DNA of 62,784 nt, the filler included, from a bacterium (lineage in GTDB: Bacteria; UBP15; UBA6099; JAJRTR01), in NCBI GenBank assembly GCA_024278215.1. It is 5 parts of 5 records of this genome, joined end to end, with 100 filler letters (N's around TTAATTAATTAA, not from the genome) between each part and the next. Parts side by side here need not be neighbours in the genome. Positions count along the whole stretch, not along the records: positions 1 to 27,525 come from JAJRTR010000009.1; 4 more parts are not named here. One strand, 5' to 3'. The notes beneath the pieces were generated by a model, which had not been told where the DNA came from, did not search any database, and saw only the letters and a program-made list of their open reading frames with translations. Made by a program: the position numbers and the translations under genes. Positions 10,205-19,542 of this stretch are shown here, piece by piece. The stretch's first letter is position 1, and every line of letters begins with the position of its first letter.

Positions 10205-11034
10205 TCGATCCTCACAAGTTCTGATACTGTTCGCCGCGTGTCGACTATCTCTCTTGATTTGCCGGTGTATGTGTCCGTGAAACGCCTGAGCCGTGTATCG
10301 GTCGTCACCATTTTCAGGAGATAGCCGCGTGCGCTGTCGAAATAAATATCTTCTTTATAGTGTAGTTCAAGGTAAAGGTTAAGGTACATGTCCCTGTCGG
10401 GGTTGTTGATATGATCTTTTACATTGTATTCGGCCGTGCCGTGAATATGCGCGCAGTTGCGTTTCAGCACTCTTGCGTTCCCGACATATTCCATCGTGAG
10501 GTCCAGATCGACAGATTTCTGCATGTAATCATTTGAAATAACGCGTTTCCATTTATCCCCTTTTGACAATCTGCCGGACGGCAATTCGGGAATTACAAGC
10601 CGCAGTTCCACAGGAATGCCCATGCCGTATATTTCCTCGATGTTTCCTTTGTTGTCGATACGGATATCGTTTTCGCCGAGGTTTTTGTAAAGAGACCGCG
10701 CGGCGCGTTCACGTGATGGCGCCGCAACGACTTTTATGCTGTAGCGACCGCCGATATTCTGCTTGATGAGCAGTTTTACATCGAGATTTATCTTTCGCGG
10801 GTTATACTCTGTTTTGCCGTCTTTGACAAGCCCGTACTGCCGTGTGACAGCATAGAAAAGAGTTTTATGAACTGGGAAATCGTACTCCAGCGACCTTCCG
10901 CAACCGCCGCCGAACACAAGCAGAAGAAAGGCTGCCGCGAAAAGTAGTCTTCTAAGACTTCTTTTTCGGTACACATGTGGCTGGAATAGAAAAATGGAAG
11001 ACACCGCCGGTTCCCGCTTTTGTGGGAATGACAT
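10201..11034 (-). CDS. Hypothetical lipoprotein (start uncertain)
   Basis: Basic N-region plus hydrophobic stretch ending GGGC, followed by a beta-rich body; co-oriented in the operon. Confidence 0.7.
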   Translation of the reverse strand: MSFPQKREPAVSSIFLFQPHVYRKRSLRRLLFAAAFLLLVFGGGCGRSLEYDFPVHKTLFYAVTRQYGLVKDGKTEYNPRKINLDVKLLIKQNIGGRYSIKVVAAPSRERAARSLYKNLGENDIRIDNKGNIEEIYGMGIPVELRLVIPELPSGRLSKGDKWKRVISNDYMQKSVDLDLTMEYVGNARVLKRNCAHIHGTAEYNVKDHINNPDRDMYLNLYLELHYKEDIYFDSARGYLLKMVTTDTRLRRFTDTYTGKSREIVDTRRTVSELVRIE

Positions 11035-11095
11035 TCATAAGGCAGATGAAATTAATAATTTGAATGTCATGCAAAATTATATACTATCGTTATCT

Positions 11096-11731
11096 TTACT
11101 TTTTCTTTACGTTCTTTTTCTTCGCAGACTTTTCAGCCGCTTTCCTAGAGGTTTTCTTTTTCTTCTTTTTCTTTGCGGCGGCCTTCTTCTTCTCATCCAT
11201 TACGAATTTATATCCAGCTTTAATGGCCTTCTCGTTAAGGACGGCGAAAGCCTTGTTCTTCTTTGCCGTAACACTCGCGACAGTGTCCTGGAGAACGCTC
11301 AGGGGCACAATGTCGGTGGCGGCGGCCAGCGCGCCGAGTATGACCATATTCGCCGAACGCGCCGATCCGATCTTCTCTGCTATGCTGCCTGCGGGAACAC
11401 GGTATTCCGTGACATCATTACGGGGAATCTTTTTCGAGATAAGCGTCGCGTTCGAGATGCAGACACCGCCGGATTTTATTACGTTCTGAAATTTCACGAG
11501 AGAAGGTTCATTCATTGCCACGAGCACTTCGGGTTGTGAGGCGATAGGCGATGCTATCTCATCGGTGGATACGCAGATAGTGCAATTGCACGTGCCGCCC
11601 CTGACTTCCGCGCCGTAGGCCGGAAGATAAGTTACGTGCTTATCCTGCGACATGCCGGCTGTCGCCAGGCAGTAGCCCATCATCAGCACACCCTGTCCAC
11701 CGAATCCGGCGAATATTGTTTTTGCAGACAT
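11096..11731 (-). CDS. 2-oxoacid:ferredoxin oxidoreductase gamma subunit with Lys/Ala-rich tail
   Basis: IFAGFGGQGVL, PAYGAEVRGGT, ANMVILGA; C-terminus KKKAAAKKKKKKKTSRKAAEKSAKKKNVKKK. Confidence 0.92.
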   Translation of the reverse strand: MSAKTIFAGFGGQGVLMMGYCLATAGMSQDKHVTYLPAYGAEVRGGTCNCTICVSTDEIASPIASQPEVLVAMNEPSLVKFQNVIKSGGVCISNATLISKKIPRNDVTEYRVPAGSIAEKIGSARSANMVILGALAAATDIVPLSVLQDTVASVTAKKNKAFAVLNEKAIKAGYKFVMDEKKKAAAKKKKKKKTSRKAAEKSAKKKNVKKK

Positions 11732-11732
11732 G

Positions 11733-12497
<765 letters not shown>

Positions 12498-12583
12498 AAT
12501 GCCTGTCCTTATCGTTTTTAAGTACTTGTCGCGTCGCGGTGCCCCGGCGAGAGCATCGTCCGCGGGGGCGTCACCATTAACAG

Positions 12584-13669
12584 CTACTCATAATCTTTCA
12601 TTATCTTATTATAAGTGCGTGTGATCACCCTTGAGAGTTCCGCTGGGGTGGGCACAACGCGGCCGGGCCTGCCGTATAGCGAAACGCCCGCGCGGCCTTC
12701 TACAGCTAGCTTTACATCGTCTATCATCTGCCCGGCGCTCATCTCGAACGTCAGGAAATGCTTCACCGTGCCGGCGGCTTCGTAGATATGTTTCATTGGG
12801 AACGGCCACAGCGTAATCGGCCTGATGAGGCCGACATGCATGTTCTTATCCACGCAACGTTTCACCGCGGCTTTGGCTATGCGAGCCGCGGTGCCGTAAG
12901 CGACCACAGCAATGTTCGCTCCGGTCATGTTGTATTCCTCGAAGCGCACTTCGCGTTCCTCGATGCGCTGGTGCTTGCGGTAGAGGCGCCAGTTGTGTTC
13001 TTCCTCGAGGTCCGGGTTGAGAATGAGCGACCTGATGAACCTGCTGGACCTGCCCTTCGAGCCGCCGAGAGCCCATTTCTTAGAGGGCAATTTCTTCGGG
13101 TCTTTCGGTTTCGTCTTGAATGTTACCGGTTCCATCATCTGGCCCATCATGCCATCCGCGAGAATCATTACCGGAATGCGATAGGCGTCGGCCTTATCGA
13201 AAGCCTCGTAGGTGAGGTCCGCGAGTTCCTGGACGGAAGCGGGCGCATAGACAAGCGTGCGGTAGTCGCCGTGTCCGCCGCCGCGTGTCGCCTGGTAGTA
13301 GTCGCTCTGCGACGGCGCGATGTTGCCCAGTCCCGGACCGCCGCGCATGACATTGACAATGACCGACGGCAGTTCCATTGCCGCGATGAACGAGATGCCT
13401 TCCTGCTTGAGGCTGATGCCCGGCGAGGACGACGACGTCATCACGCGCTTGCCTGTGGCGCTCGCGCCAAGCACCATGTTTATCGCCGCCAGTTCACTCT
13501 CGGATTGCAGAAAAACCCTATTTTCTTCGAGCATGCGGCGCGCCATGTATTCCGTTAGTTCGTTCTGTGGTGTGATGGGGTATCCGAAGTAGCACTGGCA
13601 ACCTGCCCTGACGGCGGATTCGCCTATCGCCTCGGTGCCCCTCAGCAACTGTTTCGTTTCACTCTTCAT
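12584..13669 (-). CDS. vorB: 2-oxoacid:ferredoxin oxidoreductase alpha subunit (VorB-like)
   Basis: YFGYPITPQNE, QSESELAAINM, TSSSSPGISLKQE, RGGPGLGNI, GGGHGDY, EMSAGQM. Confidence 0.9.
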   Translation of the reverse strand: MKSETKQLLRGTEAIGESAVRAGCQCYFGYPITPQNELTEYMARRMLEENRVFLQSESELAAINMVLGASATGKRVMTSSSSPGISLKQEGISFIAAMELPSVIVNVMRGGPGLGNIAPSQSDYYQATRGGGHGDYRTLVYAPASVQELADLTYEAFDKADAYRIPVMILADGMMGQMMEPVTFKTKPKDPKKLPSKKWALGGSKGRSSRFIRSLILNPDLEEEHNWRLYRKHQRIEEREVRFEEYNMTGANIAVVAYGTAARIAKAAVKRCVDKNMHVGLIRPITLWPFPMKHIYEAAGTVKHFLTFEMSAGQMIDDVKLAVEGRAGVSLYGRPGRVVPTPAELSRVITRTYNKIMKDYE

Positions 13670-13901
13670 CATAAACCTCGATAGCAAGATCCGGACACAC
13701 GAGCATGCACGCTGCACATCCGGTACATTTTGGAGCTTTGCCGAATTCCGCGGGGTGGTAACCCTTCGCGTTCAGCTTCTTAGAAATCGTTATGTTATCG
13801 TTGGGACATACATAGATGCACAGATAGCATCCTTTGCAAAGTTCCCGGTCGATAACGATCTTGTGTTGTTTTTTCTTCTTTTTCGCAGCTGTTTTCGCCA
13901 T
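13659..13901 (-). CDS. 2x[4Fe-4S] ferredoxin-type delta subunit
   Basis: CKGCYLCIYVCP and CTGCAACMLVCPD; first gene of the oxidoreductase operon. Confidence 0.92.
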   Translation of the reverse strand: MAKTAAKKKKKQHKIVIDRELCKGCYLCIYVCPNDNITISKKLNAKGYHPAEFGKAPKCTGCAACMLVCPDLAIEVYDEE

Positions 13902-14113
13902 AACGGCCCGCCTGTTCTTCTGTTGATGTGTACTTGTGTGCTTCAATTACAATAAATGTTAATGATTCCTTATAAAAACGTCCAGTTAAACGTTCCGGGC
14001 GGCGGCAAGTCTTCACAGTCCCGGTGCATAGCGGTGTATTGTAAACCTGATGCGTTTTTTTTTCAAGAGAGCACACTGCGGCGGAGTTGCAGATAAATCA
14101 AAAAGCAATCGTA

Positions 14114-16000
14114 TCACAGATTTTTCCGGCACCAATGCTCGAAAAGTATCAGACTCCATATCTGCCATGTATAATCAGCGCGGCCGGAAAGGTGCGCCCG
14201 CGCCATCTTAGCCGCGCCGTCCGCTCGTATAAACTCTCCGCTCTTCATTTCGCCACCTGCGAGGCATTCCTCGACGAACGGTCTCAACTCGCCCCTGAAC
14301 CATATCCCGAGCGGCAGGAAGAAAGGCTGCTTTTTCCTGTATATTATCTCATCGGGCAGCAGTCCGCGCATCGCCTGTTTCAACGGATATTTCGCCTCTC
14401 CGTTTTTTAGCTTCATCGCTGCCGGGAGAGACGCGGCGAACTCCACAAGTTCGTGATCCAGAAAAGGCGTTCTCGCTTCGAGCGACCATGCCATGCTCAT
14501 CCGGTCAGTATAATTAAGGAAGTCGTCCGGAAGCGTCGTTTTGAGTTCGAGAAAACTTATTAGATCGTCGAATTCTTCGGGTATTTCACTTTCCGAAAAA
14601 CTATCAAAAACATAGTCATGAACCGGGTTGTCCCGCGATTCATTAAAGAAACCATAAGTATATATATCTTTTTTCATACCTTCGTTGAAAACAGAAATCC
14701 AATCGAAATAGACACTGCGTTCAGAGGCCGAGGCAAGGCGGTCGAGTTTATCCAGTTTGTCCGCGAACTGTCTGCCTCCGGGCAATCCGGCGATAGCCGC
14801 CGAGCCTTTTCTCAGCACGGTTTTAGCACTGCTCGGAAGTCCTGAATACAGTTCGACGAATTTAGCCTTCTTCTGTCGTTCGTAGCCGAACAGCAATTCG
14901 TCGGCACCTATTCCCGAAAGCGCTACCTTCACTTCCTTTATCGCCAGTTCTGACACAAGATAAGTGTGCAGCCCGCCTCCGAACGGTTCGTCGAAGTGCT
15001 CCAGCACGTGCTCGAGGCGCGACTTCACATCACCCGGTTTTATCACCCACGTGTGAGCATCGGCGGCGCAGTGGCGGGCAGTCTCCTCGGCATAGCCCAG
15101 TTCGTTGTAGCCCCTGGCTTCCGCACCGAAACCGATGGAAAACGTCCTGACCGGCGCATCCGTAAGTGACGTCATCACTGCGACAACAGCGCTCGAGTCT
15201 ATGCCGCCGCTCAGGAACGCGCCCAGCGGCACATCGGCGATCATCCGCCTCCGCACCGCATCGGTGAAAAGCCGCCTGAAACGTTCGACAACATCTTTGT
15301 CGGACATACGCGACTTCTGCGACGGGAATTTCACCTGCCAGTATCGCCTTGTTTTGAAGCCCGCGCTGCCGACACGCATCAAATGTCCGGGGAGCAGCTT
15401 TTTTACTCCTTTAAGGTGTGTCCTGTCAAGCGGGAAATACTGTGTGGTCAGATACCAGTCGAGCGCGCGCGAATCTACGCCGGACCTGAGTCGCGGCGCG
15501 GCAGCCGTAATACACTTTATCTCCGAACCGAAAAGAAACTCGTTTTCAAGGTCGGCATAGTACAGCGGCTTGATCCCGAGTCTGTCCCTTACAAGCAACA
15601 GGCCGTTCGCGTGGCTGTCCCACAGCGCGATTGCAAACATTCCGTTTAATTCACAAACGAAGTTCTCACCGTAGTCTTCATAGAGATGAACGATAACTTC
15701 GGTGTCAGAGTTTGTTCGAAAAATATGCCCACCGGCTTCGAGATTCCTTTTCAGTTCGCGGTAGTTGTATATCTCGCCGTTGAAGACGACGGCAATGGAC
15801 TTGTCCTCATTGAACATGGGCTGCCTGCCGCCGTCGAGGTCGATGATGCTCAGGCGTCTCATGCCCATGCCGAGTGGGCCGTCGAAGAAAAAACCCGAGT
15901 CGTCGGGGCCGCGATGAACGATTGTTTCCGTCATCAGCTCGACGCGGTCGCGCTCCGGCTGCCTGCCGTTATAGCTGAAGATTCCCGCTATTCCGCACAT
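14114..16000 (-). CDS. asnB: Asparagine synthase (glutamine-hydrolysing) family amidotransferase
   Basis: N-terminal MCGIAG, HRGPDD, RRLSIIDL, FNGEIYN, LSGGIDSS. Glycosyltransferase neighbours suggest glycan amidation. Confidence 0.93.
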   Translation of the reverse strand: MCGIAGIFSYNGRQPERDRVELMTETIVHRGPDDSGFFFDGPLGMGMRRLSIIDLDGGRQPMFNEDKSIAVVFNGEIYNYRELKRNLEAGGHIFRTNSDTEVIVHLYEDYGENFVCELNGMFAIALWDSHANGLLLVRDRLGIKPLYYADLENEFLFGSEIKCITAAAPRLRSGVDSRALDWYLTTQYFPLDRTHLKGVKKLLPGHLMRVGSAGFKTRRYWQVKFPSQKSRMSDKDVVERFRRLFTDAVRRRMIADVPLGAFLSGGIDSSAVVAVMTSLTDAPVRTFSIGFGAEARGYNELGYAEETARHCAADAHTWVIKPGDVKSRLEHVLEHFDEPFGGGLHTYLVSELAIKEVKVALSGIGADELLFGYERQKKAKFVELYSGLPSSAKTVLRKGSAAIAGLPGGRQFADKLDKLDRLASASERSVYFDWISVFNEGMKKDIYTYGFFNESRDNPVHDYVFDSFSESEIPEEFDDLISFLELKTTLPDDFLNYTDRMSMAWSLEARTPFLDHELVEFAASLPAAMKLKNGEAKYPLKQAMRGLLPDEIIYRKKQPFFLPLGIWFRGELRPFVEECLAGGEMKSGEFIRADGAAKMARAHLSGRADYTWQIWSLILFEHWCRKNL

Positions 16001-16180
16001 GAATATCTATTTCTTTCGGTCGTGATATGGTTTTTGTCCGGCACTTGTCCGAATCCCCGATTCGTAAATCATTGAGAAATCGCTGTGCCCATTATAGAAT
16101 AGAGAACAGGTTTTTCCAACGACGACACAGACGATATGGTATTCCGGGTAAAAGATGTAAAGTAACGGAGAGTAAAAAAG

Positions 16181-17359
16181 ATCGCGGCGATAAAAACATT
16201 ATTTCTCACACATGCGGCGCAGTTCGGGGGCGCAGAACTCAGCCTGCTCGAACTGCTCGGCGCGTTCGAGCGCAATTATATCGAGCCGTATTTTATCAGT
16301 TTTTCGGATGGGCCGCTGGTCGGCAAAATCGAGAAACTGGGCATACGATGTGATGTTGTGGAATCTGCTGTGGAACTTGCACAGGCGCGGCGCGGCGAGT
16401 TCGACGTCGCATCCGGTGCGCTGCTTCAGGCGCCGCGCAGGATTGCGAAAATGATACCGGCGATAAAAGAACTCGCCGCAAAGATCGAGAGTCTCGGCGT
16501 CTCGCTCGTATATTCGAACTCGTCGAAAGCGCATGTGCTCGGCGGTTTCGCGGGACGCCGGGCAGGTGTAAAAACATTGTGGCATTTCCGTGATTATTAC
16601 GTGAATAAAGTCACACGTAACTTCTTCTCCGCAATGGCATACTACAATGCCGACACAGTTATATGCAACTCCGATTTTACCGCCGGTCAATTCGTCACAC
16701 ACAACAACTGCCGTGTCGTACGAAACGGACTTGCGCAGGGAAGAATCAAGGCGTGCAGGGCGCGTGGCGAGGTTATGACCGAACTCGGGTTCCCGGCCGA
16801 TGCGCCTCTTGCGGGCACTGCCGGAAGGCTCGAACGCTGGAAGGGAATACATATATTTATAGAAGCGGCGGCAATGGTTTCGGAAAAATATCCTGATGCG
16901 CGTTTCGTCGTTGTCGGCGATGCCATATATGGAGACGATGCCTATCTCGATGAGTTAAGGGCAATGGCGAAGGAAAAGAATATTGAAGATAAAATCGCTT
17001 TCACGGGTTTCAGAGAAGACGTATTCGACATTATGGGTGCGATGACGATTTATGTTCATCCGTCGGTCGAGCCGGAACCGTTCGGGCGCGGGATAGTCGA
17101 GGCGATGTTCCTTGAGAAGCCGGTGATTGTGCCGGGCGCGGGCGGCCCGCTGGAGATTGTGGTGAATGAAAAGACCGGTCTGTTTTTCGAACCTGGCAGC
17201 GCAAAAGCAATGTCGAAAAACATATCCGCCCTGCTGGATGATCCGGTGAAAGCAGGCGATATGGGCAGGGCGGGCCGTGTGCGGGCGGAAAAAGAATTCA
17301 CTTTCGAGCGTGCGCTGCGGGGAATAACCGCGCTGATAAGAAAGACCGCGGCTGTCTGA
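16181..17359 (+). CDS. GT4 glycosyltransferase; the N-terminus extends upstream of the GTG at 16358 and probably starts at ATC or ATA
   Basis: In-frame IKTLFLTHAAQFGGAELSLLEL from 16190, then GRLERWKG and EPFGRGIVEAM. In-frame TAA at 16163 and no ATG/GTG/TTG before the GGAE motif. Confidence 0.85.
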   Translation: MAAIKTLFLTHAAQFGGAELSLLELLGAFERNYIEPYFISFSDGPLVGKIEKLGIRCDVVESAVELAQARRGEFDVASGALLQAPRRIAKMIPAIKELAAKIESLGVSLVYSNSSKAHVLGGFAGRRAGVKTLWHFRDYYVNKVTRNFFSAMAYYNADTVICNSDFTAGQFVTHNNCRVVRNGLAQGRIKACRARGEVMTELGFPADAPLAGTAGRLERWKGIHIFIEAAAMVSEKYPDARFVVVGDAIYGDDAYLDELRAMAKEKNIEDKIAFTGFREDVFDIMGAMTIYVHPSVEPEPFGRGIVEAMFLEKPVIVPGAGGPLEIVVNEKTGLFFEPGSAKAMSKNISALLDDPVKAGDMGRAGRVRAEKEFTFERALRGITALIRKTAAV

Positions 17360-17372
17360 TTTTCTGAATGGG

Positions 17373-18497
17373 TTATCCTTCTTCCATAACACTTATAAAA
17401 AGATCACGGTTCAACTTCGCGAGTGTTTCAAAGGTATAATGTTCTTCTACCCTGCGGCGGCCCTTTTCGGACAGTGCGGGGAGAAGTTCCGGATTGTCGA
17501 TAAATCGTTGCAGGTGCGCCGCAAGCTGTTCATGATTTTTTTCTTCAAAAATCATACCGGCATCGCCGACAACTTCAGGCACCGAACCGGAATCCGAGCC
17601 GATCACAGGCACGCCCACGCTGAAAGCCTCGGTTATCACACGCCCGAACTGCTCTTTCCATGTCGGCGTGGTTTCCGAGGGTACGACAAGCACATCGAAT
17701 GTGTCCATCACTACGTGTACTTCGCTATGGGGGACAGGCTCGATAAATAATAGATGGTTAGCGACTCCTGCTTTTTTCGCTTCGTCAAGTATGCCGTCGA
17801 CAGCAGGTCCGCAGCCCAGCAGGTGCAGCCTTACGTCGCCTTTCAATCCTGAAAACGCGCGCAAAAGCGTAAATAGGCCCTTTTCCTCGACCAACTGCCC
17901 TGCATAGCCGACGATAAAAGGCTGTCCGGACTTATCCGCATCACGCGGCCTGTAGCTGAAAAGGTCGGGGTCTATGCCCAGAGGGAATATCTCGAACCTT
18001 TTTTCATAACCCTTCCTCCGCGCCACCTCGCGCACTCCCTCGCAGCATCCGTATCCGGCAACTGCCGACCGATACATCCACTTTTCTATCTGTCCGAACG
18101 GAGGCGGATAATTTTTATAAATGTTCTGCGCCGAACAGAATACAATTTTTGATTTCGGTGAGTACATCTTAGCGGAGGCAAGCACCTGTCCGGCTGTCAG
18201 AGAGCAAGGCTCTTCGTGGCAACTGACGATGTCGGGCTTCAAGCGCCTGATGATCTCGCCTAGCTTCTGAATATAAAATGTGGTGACATAATGCTTTGTC
18301 AGGACAGTCTTTGCGATGTTAAGATTGTCTCTCGTGGTTTCTCGCAGCACCCGCATATTGCCGCTTTCGATGCCCCATCGAGGACAAATAGCGTGAACTT
18401 CCAATTCGGGGAAATTACTGAGTTCATCCAGCAACTTTTGATTCGTGGGTTCAACGAAATTATGCTGAATACGCAGTACTCTGACGGGTTTTTTCAT
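17373..18497 (-). CDS. GT4 glycosyltransferase
   Basis: HEEPCS, GYAGQLVEEKG, WKEQFGRVITEAFSVGVPVIGSDSG. Confidence 0.92.
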   Translation of the reverse strand: MKKPVRVLRIQHNFVEPTNQKLLDELSNFPELEVHAICPRWGIESGNMRVLRETTRDNLNIAKTVLTKHYVTTFYIQKLGEIIRRLKPDIVSCHEEPCSLTAGQVLASAKMYSPKSKIVFCSAQNIYKNYPPPFGQIEKWMYRSAVAGYGCCEGVREVARRKGYEKRFEIFPLGIDPDLFSYRPRDADKSGQPFIVGYAGQLVEEKGLFTLLRAFSGLKGDVRLHLLGCGPAVDGILDEAKKAGVANHLLFIEPVPHSEVHVVMDTFDVLVVPSETTPTWKEQFGRVITEAFSVGVPVIGSDSGSVPEVVGDAGMIFEEKNHEQLAAHLQRFIDNPELLPALSEKGRRRVEEHYTFETLAKLNRDLFISVMEEG

Positions 18498-18580
18498 GTT
18501 AAAACGATTCTACGCGCAACTTCGGATTATGTCAAAAATGATTTGGGGCACAAGATGGAAAATCAGTTCAGTTATTTCAA

Positions 18581-19507
18581 TCATGCGTTGCGGACAGTGA
18601 GTCCCTGGACAACGACGTTTTTAACACCGCACGATTCCGCCAGCGATTTCAACTCATCCATGCTTTCCTGCGCGGGCAGTTCTGTTTTCCTGAATCTGAA
18701 AGGCATGTCGAGACGTTCATACTTGGAAATACAAAGATTGCTGAAAGGCAACAGGTCGTATCGCTCGCAATTCGGCAGATTCGCTACGATGAATCTGCTT
18801 ACTGCTTCAATGTTGTCCGGCGAATCCGTCGCGCCGGGCACGACCGGAGTGCGCACCCAGACCGGCTTGCCGGATTGCCCCAGCCGCCTCGCGTTTTCGA
18901 GAATAAGATCGAGAGAAACTCCTGTGAATTCGCGGCTTGCAGCATCGTCCATCGTTTTAAGATCGAGGAGAACGAGGTCGGCGGGACCGGTGACGTTGTC
19001 GAATATCCCGGGCGAAGCAAAGCCTGTTGTGTCCACTGCGACATGAAGTTTATTCTGTTTGCATTTATGTATCAGCGCCGAAGCGAAGTCGTGCTGCAAC
19101 AGCACCTCGCCGCCGGAAAGTGTTATTCCGCCCCCGGAGTTTTCATAGAAAGAAACGTCGCGTACAATCTCGTCGAAAAGTTTATCGAGCGTCCATGTTA
19201 CGCCGATGATGTCGAGAGCCGCGGCGGGGCATTCTTCGGCGCATGTGCCGCAGGCGGTGCATTTATCGCGATCAATATTCATGCCGTCGGCAGTGAGTTC
19301 GAGCGCGCTTTCGGGACACGCGGCGAGGCAGTCGCGCGCGGCGATGCAGTGGGTGTCGTACCACATCAGTTCGGGTCGTGGGGAAATGCCTTCGGGGTTG
19401 TGGCACCACGCGCATCTGAGCGGACAGCCTTTAAAAAAAACAGTTGTTCTTATGCCGGGCCCGTCCTCGGTGCTGAACCTCTGGACATTGAATATTGTTG
19501 CTTCCAT
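18581..19507 (-). CDS. Glycyl-radical enzyme activating enzyme (radical SAM with ferredoxin-like insert)
   Basis: QRFSTEDGPGIRTTVFFKGCPLRCAWCHNPE, CTACGTCAEECP, TLSGGE. Confidence 0.95.
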   Translation of the reverse strand: MEATIFNVQRFSTEDGPGIRTTVFFKGCPLRCAWCHNPEGISPRPELMWYDTHCIAARDCLAACPESALELTADGMNIDRDKCTACGTCAEECPAAALDIIGVTWTLDKLFDEIVRDVSFYENSGGGITLSGGEVLLQHDFASALIHKCKQNKLHVAVDTTGFASPGIFDNVTGPADLVLLDLKTMDDAASREFTGVSLDLILENARRLGQSGKPVWVRTPVVPGATDSPDNIEAVSRFIVANLPNCERYDLLPFSNLCISKYERLDMPFRFRKTELPAQESMDELKSLAESCGVKNVVVQGLTVRNA

Positions 19508-19542
19508 AACATTTATGTATTATCCGCGTTGAATTTCTGCAA

